Positions 1-6,488 of a stretch of 12,132 nucleotides of DNA are shown piece after piece. The stretch's first letter is position 1; every line of letters starts with the position of its first letter. This DNA is from Gemmatimonadota bacterium (GTDB taxonomy: Bacteria > Gemmatimonadota > Gemmatimonadetes > Gemmatimonadales > GWC2-71-9): NCBI GenBank assembly GCA_039588295.1, contig JBDHAB010000069.1, forward strand, positions 1 through 12,132. The letters run 5' to 3'. The notes beneath the pieces are model-generated. The model did not search any database and had not been told where the DNA came from. It saw only the letters and a program-made list of their open reading frames with translations. The position numbers and the translations under genes are program-made.

Positions 1-1
1 G

Positions 2-241
2 AACATCGGCGCCGAGCTACAGACGGATCAGGCTGAAGCCGACAAGCGGATCGCGCAGGCCCAGGCGGAGAAGCGGCGCGCGATGGCGGTGGCAGAGGAG
101 CAGGAGATGACGGCGAGAACTCAAGAGATGCAGGCGCAAGTGGTCCAGGCTGAGGCTGAGGTGCCGCTGGCTCTCGCCGAGGCATTTCGCGCTGGGCGCC
201 TTGTGGCCGCGCGGGCTGGGCAGCAGCGGGATGAACGGTGA
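2..241 (+). CDS. floA: 3' end of flotillin-like protein FloA (YqfA/UPF0365 family); 5' part lies outside the window
   Basis: Not in the ORF track. Manual translation of frame 2 gives [82 protein letters not shown] at 239-241. [36 protein letters not shown]...[12 protein letters not shown] is the recognisable FloA/YqfA C-terminal coiled-coil signature. Confidence 0.9.
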   Translation, partial: NIGAELQTDQAEADKRIAQAQAEKRRAMAVAEEQEMTARTQEMQAQVVQAEAEVPLALAEAFRAGRLVAARAGQQRDER

Positions 242-271
242 CTTGCGACGACCCGCGGTTTGAAGTTCGCA

Positions 272-306
272 GCTGACAGCTGAAAGCTGGCGGCTATTGG
301 CTGACG
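272..306. repeat. Short tandem heptamer repeat tract (GCTGACA-type, 5 degenerate units)
   Basis: gctgaca gctgaaa gctggcg gctattg gctgacg, lying between the convergent floA and DUF362 stop codons. Confidence 0.75.
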
Positions 307-307
307 G

Positions 308-1399
308 CTACAGCTCCTGCACCCCCCACGCCTTGTTGATGCTCTCCCAGTTGATCACGTTCGGCTTCACGAATGGCCGCCGTACGCTCTCCAGTTTCTC
401 TCCCCTCACTTCGACGTCGCTCACGCTCGCGGGGCCTAGACCTGCGCGGTAGGCCCATGTAAACGTGGGGACTTCGTGCACCCCGAATCCCATGATGTCT
501 GCCGCGACCATGTCAGTGGCCAGCGGGTTGGTTCCCGCGATGATCACGTTCATAGGAACGAGACTCCCATCAGACGGGCCGTCTCCTTCCATCGCCATTG
601 ACCCGTCGACGACGGTGAGCCCGAGCTTGTTGGCGCGGACCATGTCGATCGTCTCGAAGGCAATGCCCGGCGATTCGGCCATCGCCGCCTGGTCGTGCAG
701 CCACGACCTGACCGAGTAGTAGACCGTTCCAGGATACAGACCAATCAGGTTCTTCATGCCCAGCGTCACGGTCGCCAGAACGTGGGTCTTCATCATCGGA
801 ACGGAACACAGCAGGTCGATGTCGGTCAGCGATTGGTGCAGCGTGATCTTGTCGAACACGAATCCGTTCGGCACCGCGACCTCAGCCATGTCGCCCGAAT
901 GGAGGTTGATGAGCGGAGCCCGCAGGGAGCTGGCAAGGTCCGTGTAGCCCAGTCTGTCGAACACGTAGCGCTGCATCCCGTCCAGTATCTCGCGGTTCCG
1001 CGTCCTGTAGGTGACATCGCCCCGGACGTTGAATCCGTTTCCCGCGGCCGATCCTTCACCGATCAGCACTTCCTTTCCCGACCGCTGCATGAGTTGGGCG
1101 AGCGTTCTCACCACGCCCGGTTTGGTCGTGAAGTGCGGACCCTCGGCCACCAGGTTGGGCTTGAGCATGATCCGATCTTTGCCCTTTGCCACCGTCTCGA
1201 TACCTCCGAGGAGGTCAATGGCCGCTTCGACGGCACGATCGACCCTGCCGTTCCGGATTCTCACGACGCTGACGACCGGTTTCTCTGCCGTGAAACGGTC
1301 CCCACGCCACGCTGGTGTCAGACCACCGGCAGCGGTCCCAAGCACCACGCCGGCACTCGTCTTCACGAAGTCCCTGCGTGACAGATGTCGGTGTCTCAC
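308..1399 (-). CDS. DUF362 domain protein with twin-arginine (Tat) signal
   Basis: 363 aa, GTG start 6 nt after GGAGG (1406-1410 on minus). N-terminal SRRDFVK plus hydrophobic stretch. DUF362 motifs LKPNL, IGEG, PMMKTH..xTLGMKNLIG, DGxxAMEGDGPxxG and NPLATD. Confidence 0.85.
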   Translation of the reverse strand: MRHRHLSRRDFVKTSAGVVLGTAAGGLTPAWRGDRFTAEKPVVSVVRIRNGRVDRAVEAAIDLLGGIETVAKGKDRIMLKPNLVAEGPHFTTKPGVVRTLAQLMQRSGKEVLIGEGSAAGNGFNVRGDVTYRTRNREILDGMQRYVFDRLGYTDLASSLRAPLINLHSGDMAEVAVPNGFVFDKITLHQSLTDIDLLCSVPMMKTHVLATVTLGMKNLIGLYPGTVYYSVRSWLHDQAAMAESPGIAFETIDMVRANKLGLTVVDGSMAMEGDGPSDGSLVPMNVIIAGTNPLATDMVAADIMGFGVHEVPTFTWAYRAGLGPASVSDVEVRGEKLESVRRPFVKPNVINWESINKAWGVQEL

Positions 1400-1541
1400 C
1401 GGATTCCTCCCGGTCGTTAGGCACGGCTGTGTTTGCCTCCTCCTACGTCATCGGTGGCGCGGGGTTTCCCTGCATCGCCGGAGATCTTGTTAATGCGAGC
1501 GTCGCGCTTGGGATTCGGCGTTCTGCCTGATGGTCAGCGCG

Positions 1542-1629
1542 AGTTGTCGGTTATCAGTTGTCAGTTGTTAGTCATCAGCTAACGGCTTGTGGCCATCACC
1601 GATAACTGATGACTGACAACTGAGAACTG
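1542..1629. repeat. Two heptamer tracts in inverted orientation (TTGTCAG-type then CTGACAA-type), able to form a hairpin
   Basis: Left arm ttgtcgg ttatcag ttgtcag ttgttag tcatcag (1544-1578). Right arm ccgataa ctgatga ctgacaa ctgagaa ctg (1599-1629) is its approximate reverse complement. Confidence 0.8.
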
Positions 1630-1632
1630 TGC

Positions 1633-1680
1633 AGCGGAGGGCGGGGGCCTCGAAGCGAAGCGCATGCGAGCGGACCGGGC
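1633..1680. repeat. 48-bp direct repeat, copy 1 (partner at 3509-3556)
   Basis: agcggagggcgggggcctcgaagcgaagcgcatgcgagcggaccgggc; 43/48 identical to copy 2 by ungapped manual alignment. Confidence 0.9.
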
Positions 1681-1807
1681 GGTGCGGGTTCGCTCCTCCT
1701 CCCTCTTCCCCCGCCCCCCTGTTGCACCGCCACCACCGATAGCAGACTTATGCCATCCTGGACGGACCCTGGACCATCCTGATCTGATCACACGGAGAGA
1801 CACACAC

Positions 1808-2419
1808 ATGCGTCTCTTGCCACGGACCGAAGAGTTCTTCGACCTGTTCACGGAAGTGGCGCGGCGGTCGTACGAAGCCGCCGGCTATCTCCGTGAGCTG
1901 TTTACCAGCCCGGAGCGATTAGCCTACTGCGTCGAAAGCATCAAGCGCCTCGAGCACGAGGCGGACGAAATCACGCAAGATGTTGCCAGGCGGCTCGATC
2001 GCACCTTCATCACGCCCATCGACCGCGAGGATATCTATCTGCTCGCATCGGATCTCGACGATGTGATGGACACGATCGACAGCACCGCACGCCGAGCGCA
2101 GATCTTCCGCCTCGGGACAACTCCGGACGGCATCGTCCAGATGTGCGATCTGGCGATCGCGGTCACGGGCGAGGTGGAATCGGCGGTCAAGAAGCTCCGC
2201 GGCAAGAACGATCTGATGGGGCACCGGATCGAGGTCAAGCGCATCGAGGAAGAGGCCGATGCCGTGTTTCACGAGATGCTCGGCCGACTCTTCGATACCG
2301 AGTCGGACCCCATCGCGATCATCAAGTGGAAGGAGATGTTCGACAAGATCGAGACGGTAATCGACAAGGCCGATGACGTGGCCGGGGATCTCGAGTCGAT
2401 TGCGCTGAAGCACGGCTGA
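1808..2419 (+). CDS. DUF47 family (PhoU-like) phosphate transport regulator / Pit accessory protein
   Basis: Start moved from the track's 1664 to ATG 1808 (GGAGAG at 1794-1799), giving 203 aa. Motifs FFDLF, IKRLEHEADEI, TFITPIDREDI, LDDVMD, EEEAD and IIKWKE. Stop overlaps the pit start (TGATG). Confidence 0.92.
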   Translation: MRLLPRTEEFFDLFTEVARRSYEAAGYLRELFTSPERLAYCVESIKRLEHEADEITQDVARRLDRTFITPIDREDIYLLASDLDDVMDTIDSTARRAQIFRLGTTPDGIVQMCDLAIAVTGEVESAVKKLRGKNDLMGHRIEVKRIEEEADAVFHEMLGRLFDTESDPIAIIKWKEMFDKIETVIDKADDVAGDLESIALKHG

Positions 2420-3454
2420 TGCTCGAGTCCGTCTGGTTCGTGCTCGCGATCGTGGCGGTCGCGCTCGTCTTCGACTTCATCAACGGGTTCCACGACAGCG
2501 CCAACAGCATCGCCACGATCGTCTCCACCCGCGTCCTGTCGCCGGTGGCCGCGGTGGCCTGGGCGGCATTCTTCAACTTCGTCGCCGCCTTCGGGTTCGG
2601 CACCGCCGTGGCCAAGACCATCGGCAGCGGGCTCATCGACCTCTCGATCGTCGATCCGGTCGTGATCCTGGCCGGCCTCCTCGGGGCCATCGGCTGGGAC
2701 GTCGCCACGTGGTATCTCGGCATCCCGTCCAGCTCGTCGCACGCGCTGATCGGCGGGTACGGCGGCGCGGCGCTCGCCAAGGCCGGAGTCGACGCACTCA
2801 TCCTCGGCGGCTGGGTGAAGCCGATCCTGTTCATCTTCGTGGCGCCCATCCTCGGGATGGCCCTGGGACTCGGGCTCATGGTGGGGGTGGCCTGGACGTT
2901 TCGCCGTGCCAGGCCCGTCTCGGTGGACAAGCACTTTCCGCCGGCTCCAGTTGGTCTCTGCGGCGGCGTACAGCCTGAGCCACGGCACCAACGACGCGCA
3001 GAAAACCATGGGGATCATCGTCGGCCTCCTGGTCAGCTCCCAGCACCTCTTCACCGAGTTCCCGATCCCGGCATTTCATCTCACCACGGCCGAGGTCATC
3101 CCCACGTGGGTGATCCTCTCGGCACACGCGGCGATCGCCGCGGGCACGGCCGCCGGCGGATGGCGCATCGTCAAGACGATGGGGTCACGGCTCACCAAGC
3201 TGAAGCCGGTGCACGGGTTCTGCGCTGAAACCGGCGGGGCGATTTCGGTCTTCGTGGCGTCGGCACTCGGCGTTCCGGTGAGCACCACGCACGTGATCAC
3301 CGGCTCGATCGTCGGCGTGGGGTCGGCGCAGCGGCTGTCGGCCGTTCGGTGGGGACTGGCGGGTCGGATCGTCTGGGCCTGGATCCTTACGATCCCCGCC
3401 TCCGCGGGGCTCGGTGGGATTTGCTACCTTGGCCTCCACCTGGTGATCCGGTAG
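2419..3454 (+). pseudogene. pit: Inorganic phosphate transporter, PiT family, split by a +1 frameshift at about 2935-2939 (real lesion or sequencing error)
   Basis: First frame has FDFINGFHDSANSIATIVSTR and GIPSSSSHALIGG up to VDKHF. Second frame continues FRRLQLVSAAAYSLSHGTNDAQKTMG...GVPVSTTH...VRW...AWILTIP. Removing one base from cactttccgc gives a continuous 344-aa protein. Confidence 0.88.
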
Positions 3455-3508
3455 GAGCGATCACCTCCCGAGATGCGCGCGTGCCCGGTGAAAGCCGTCC
3501 CCGCGTTG

Positions 3509-3556
3509 AGCGGAGGGCGGGGGACTCGACGCGAAGCGAACGCGAGCGGACCGAGC
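3509..3556. repeat. 48-bp direct repeat, copy 2
   Basis: agcggagggcgggggactcgacgcgaagcgaacgcgagcggaccgagc; 5 mismatches to 1633-1680. Confidence 0.9.
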
Positions 3557-3608
3557 ATCGGCCGCCGCCGATGCGACGGTCAACCCCCAAGGGCTTGCGC
3601 CCGGCGGT

Positions 3609-3753
3609 TTTCAAGTTCTTGGCGAGTTCTTGCTTGTCGTTGCTTTCCTTTGCAAATCGTTGCAGTAGCGGGCAGTTAAACGCCCTCCCTTTTTCATTCT
3701 TTTGCATTCCTTTGCATCTGTTTGCAGCGAGACCTTCCCAAAAAGCTTCCCAA
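3609..3753. promoter_or_regulatory. Array of phased protein-binding-like motifs, putative integrase attachment (att) arm region
   Basis: TTTCAAGTTCTTG (3609-3621) is one mismatch from the IHF consensus WATCAANNNNTTR. TTGC occurs at 3630, 3640, 3650 and 3660. TTT(T/G)CA occurs at 3691, 3701, 3711 and 3721. CTTCCCAA occurs at 3734 and 3746. The motifs are seen directly; the att interpretation is inference. Confidence 0.5.
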
Positions 3754-3791
3754 GAACCGAAAGCCCCGAACGCCGCGTGACGCTCGGGGCT
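3752..3791 (-). terminator. Probable intrinsic terminator for the minus-strand kinase/STAS pair
   Basis: Minus strand reads AGCCCCGAGCG-tcacgcgg-CGTTCGGGGCT (11-bp stem, one G-U) followed by TTCGGTTCTT, about 125 nt after the STAS stop codon. Confidence 0.55.
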
Positions 3792-3915
3792 GGTGGTTTT
3801 GCCCCCACCTCGTCGGCGGGGGGAAGGGAGTTGCAGCACGCGAGCGGCGCGACTCCTCACCGGGTGAGCTCATCGCGAAAGGCACTCGCGTCCGCGTTAT
3901 GGTCCGCCGTTATGG

Positions 3916-4248
3916 CTAGACCCCCTCGAGCGCTTCGGCTTCCGTCCTGAACACCTTGAGGATCATGCTGAACCCGGAGATCTCGAACACCTCTTCCACC
4001 GTCTCGTTCAAACCGAACATGTGCAGGGTGCCGCCCACGCCTTGGACACGCTTGGCAGTTGCCAGGAGTACTCGGAGCCCGGCGCTGCTGATGTAGTCGA
4101 CGTTCGTGAAATCGACGACGATCCTATGACCGCCACCTTCGACGATGCCATCCAACGCCTGTTGTGCCTCCGGCGATGTATTGGTGTCGAAGTCGCCGGC
4201 GAAGGCGATGAGCGAGACGTCATTCTGCGTGCGTACGGCGATGTCCAT
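3916..4248 (-). CDS. STAS-domain anti-sigma factor antagonist (SpoIIAA/RsbV family)
   Basis: Start moved to ATG 4248 (AAGGTAGGGAGG just upstream), giving 110 aa. Motifs GDFD, IVVDFTNVDYISSAGLRVLL (phospho-acceptor Ser motif) and VEEVFEISGF. Confidence 0.93.
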   Translation of the reverse strand: MDIAVRTQNDVSLIAFAGDFDTNTSPEAQQALDGIVEGGGHRIVVDFTNVDYISSAGLRVLLATAKRVQGVGGTLHMFGLNETVEEVFEISGFSMILKVFRTEAEALEGV

Positions 4249-4270
4249 AGCCTCCCTACCTTGCACGGTG

Positions 4271-4705
4271 TCAGTCGTCAGTGACCCTTTTGGCGAGCAT
4301 GACGACGTTGCGGTCGGTGCGTCGGTGATAGCTGACCTCATCCATCGCCTGTCGTACGAGGTGAATGCCAAGCCCACCTATCCTTCGCTCCTGCGTCGAG
4401 AGGAGGGTATCGGGGGGCTCCTCCCGAAAGGGATTGAAGGGCTTGCCATCGTCGGTGATCGTCACGGACAGCCGATCACCGGCCAGCTCCACGTCTACGG
4501 TGATCTCGCCGCTGTCCCGTCCTTCGAATCCATACGAGATGGCGTTGTTCAACAATTCGTCGAACACGACTCGCACGCTCCGTCGGATCTTCGCAGGGAG
4601 GTCGTGCACCTCTGCGAATTCGGCGAAGGCGGCATTGACACGGTCGATCTCAGCGAGATCGATGCCGACGGTAACGGCAAAGCTCTTGCGAATCTGGCCC
4701 TTCAT
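4271..4705 (-). CDS. RsbW/SpoIIAB-like anti-sigma factor Ser/Thr kinase (HATPase_c_2)
   Basis: About 144 aa from ATG 4705; start uncertain, no clear SD. N box DELLNNAISYG, G1 ITDDGKPFNP, G2 ERRIGGLGIHLVRQAMDEVSY. Adjacent to and co-oriented with the STAS gene. Confidence 0.9.
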   Translation of the reverse strand: MKGQIRKSFAVTVGIDLAEIDRVNAAFAEFAEVHDLPAKIRRSVRVVFDELLNNAISYGFEGRDSGEITVDVELAGDRLSVTITDDGKPFNPFREEPPDTLLSTQERRIGGLGIHLVRQAMDEVSYHRRTDRNVVMLAKRVTDD

Positions 4706-5057
4706 CGAGGCGTTCGGTAAGGGTCGGCGGAGGAAGACCTGCCTCCACAATCCGGGATCGCTGCAAGGGGCCGCGCTGTCGGACGATGCCAGCTCACTCG
4801 GAGCCCTCGATGCACGGATGGCCTACCCGGTACCTTGCAGGCGTCTTTGTGCACACCTAGCTTGGCCGGACGCACACAAGCTTTCGACTACTGAATCGTT
4901 CACCTATTCTGATCGGCTCGTCCGACCGGCGCAAGGCGAGGACGGTGCAGATTCCGTTCGGGTAGTCGGTCGGATTGACGCATTCAAGTTTCACTATGCC
5001 GCCCTCTGGATGGGGTGCCGAATGGCGTCGTCCAACCTTTGGCGTTCTGAGTTGTAG

Positions 5058-5609
5058 TTGACTGAGAGACCTGCTGCCGCGCACGAACACGACCGCGCAC
5101 TGGTCAAGCGGTGCCTCGAAGGCCAAGGGGACGCGTTTGGCGAACTCATTGATCGACACCACAAGCCGCTGTTCAATGTCGCGCTTCGCATGCTCAACAA
5201 CGTCCAGGACGCCGAGGACGTCACGCAGACCGTGCTTCTCAACGCATTCGTCAAGCTCCGGACCTACGACCCGAGGTACAAGTTCTTCAGTTGGATCTAT
5301 CGCATGACGGTGAACGAATCATTGAACACGCTCAAGCGTCGGAAGCCGACGGTGACGCTCGAGCCCAGACTCCATATGCGGGCGCCGGTGGCTGCATCCG
5401 ATAGTGCGGCGGAGTTACAGGACCGGGTCGGAAAGGCTCTGATGTGCCTGAAGCCCGACGATCGTGCCGTGGTGGTTCTCAAGCATTTCGTGTCCTTCTC
5501 CTATCAGGAGATTGCCGACGTGCTGGAGATTCCCGTCCGAACCGTGAAGTCACGCCTCTTCACGGCACGGGAACGGTTGAGGGACGCACTGCGGGAAGGA
5601 GAGCGGTGA
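5058..5609 (+). CDS. ECF (group 4 sigma-70) RNA polymerase sigma factor, SigW/RpoE-like
   Basis: 183 aa, TTG start without an obvious SD. Region 2 DRALV...AFGELIDRH...DAEDVTQ...FFSWIYRMTVN. Region 4 RAVVVLKHFVSFSYQEIADVLEIPVRTVKSRLFTARERLR. Confidence 0.95.
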   Translation: MTERPAAAHEHDRALVKRCLEGQGDAFGELIDRHHKPLFNVALRMLNNVQDAEDVTQTVLLNAFVKLRTYDPRYKFFSWIYRMTVNESLNTLKRRKPTVTLEPRLHMRAPVAASDSAAELQDRVGKALMCLKPDDRAVVVLKHFVSFSYQEIADVLEIPVRTVKSRLFTARERLRDALREGER

Positions 5610-5613
5610 GCCC

Positions 5614-6417
5614 GTGCTGAACCGGCAACAGATCGAGCTCATCCATCAGGAGATGGATGGTGTCAATGCTCCGGCAGAGCGTGCCGCGTTCAGGTCTTTG
5701 ATCGAGAAAGATTCGGAGGCCAGGGCGCTTGAAGCAGATCTGCGGAATGTCACCCAGCTCTTGGACCGTGTGGGAAGCATCGATCCACCTCGCCATATGA
5801 CGGAGGCGATTCTCAATGCTCTACCACAACAGGTTCGAGCGAGATCGCGTTGGGAAGCTCTCGGAGCGCCTTTGAAAGCCATCGTGGACGGATTTCAAAA
5901 GAGGCCCCGATTCGCCTTGGTGTCTTCTTTGTGCGTCGGCCTCGTGGCCGGATTCGTGGCATACGCCGCCTTGGCAGGCACCGTGTTGATCGATCATCCG
6001 GATACCAGTGGTCTAAGAGGCACGTTGTTCGAGCGCCGCGCGGCCGACGAGTTGGAGACGGTGCATGACGTCACGATCGACGTCGACCGAGTGAGCGGCC
6101 GCGTCGGCGTCCAGATAGCTCAGAACATCGTCTTTGTCGAACTCGAATTGGATGTGGAGCATGCGATGGAGGTTCGGTTGACCTTCGATGAGGGGGCGTA
6201 CGGCTTGCTTGGGTTTTCACAGCTGAGGAGCGAGGCGGGGCCGTACTTCACTGCCGAGCCAGGTCTCATCCGAGTCACGACGTCGGGCGCGAACACGCAT
6301 ACCTTCGTCTTGAACCATGAGGGGCCAGTGTCGCCACTGGCCTTGTCCCTTTTCGAAAACGGCGAGGAGGTCTTCGCCACGACACTTTCTGCACGAGGAC
6401 TGGACCAGGGTGGATGA
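5614..6417 (+). CDS. Putative single-pass membrane anti-sigma factor with a beta-rich extracytoplasmic domain
   Basis: GTG 4 nt after the sigma stop; 267 aa. N-terminus ELIHQEMDG...AERAAFRSLI...DPPRHMTEAILNAL follows the anti-sigma-domain helical pattern. One TM segment (FALVSSLCVGLVAGFVAYAALAGTVLI). C-terminal part has alternating beta-strand patterns. Confidence 0.8.
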   Translation: MLNRQQIELIHQEMDGVNAPAERAAFRSLIEKDSEARALEADLRNVTQLLDRVGSIDPPRHMTEAILNALPQQVRARSRWEALGAPLKAIVDGFQKRPRFALVSSLCVGLVAGFVAYAALAGTVLIDHPDTSGLRGTLFERRAADELETVHDVTIDVDRVSGRVGVQIAQNIVFVELELDVEHAMEVRLTFDEGAYGLLGFSQLRSEAGPYFTAEPGLIRVTTSGANTHTFVLNHEGPVSPLALSLFENGEEVFATTLSARGLDQGG

Positions 6418-6488
6418 CGCCATACGCGAGCATTCAATGGTTCGTTCATAGGCTGAGATTCGGCACTGAACGACTGTAAGGAGGCGAA

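Noticed and set aside
1542..1629. Pho box for the DUF47-pit operon
   Set aside because: The TGTCA-like cores recur every 7 bp, not 11 bp, and the same heptamer family occurs at 272-306, away from phosphate genes.
1664..1807. 48-aa N-terminal extension of DUF47
   Set aside because: Pro/Arg-rich read-through of repeat and promoter DNA. Family similarity and an SD start at ATG 1808.
2419..3454. Two separate genes (269 aa and 182 aa) as in the ORF track
   Set aside because: They are the two halves of one PiT protein; the tail of the first and the head of the second are out-of-frame sequence.
3480..3600. Complete tRNA gene on the minus strand
   Set aside because: Only the T-loop-to-discriminator part fits. 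The 5' T-stem strand, anticodon arm and 5' acceptor strand are missing. The same holds at 1633-1720.
3349..3950. Small ORFs in the pit-STAS intergenic region
   Set aside because: Several mutually overlapping ORFs with no recognisable motifs or SD. The DNA-level 10-bp periodicity and hairpins explain the region better.
4249..4377. 43-aa N-terminal extension of the STAS protein
   Set aside because: It overlaps the kinase gene. The STAS pattern and an SD point to ATG 4248.
4975..5000. Sigma-70 promoter with -35 TTGACG for the ECF gene
   Set aside because: No credible -10 hexamer at 16-18 bp spacing.
5031..5056. Autoregulatory ECF promoter TCCAAC-N16-TGTA
   Set aside because: It would start transcription downstream of the only plausible start codon (TTG 5058), and the match is weak.
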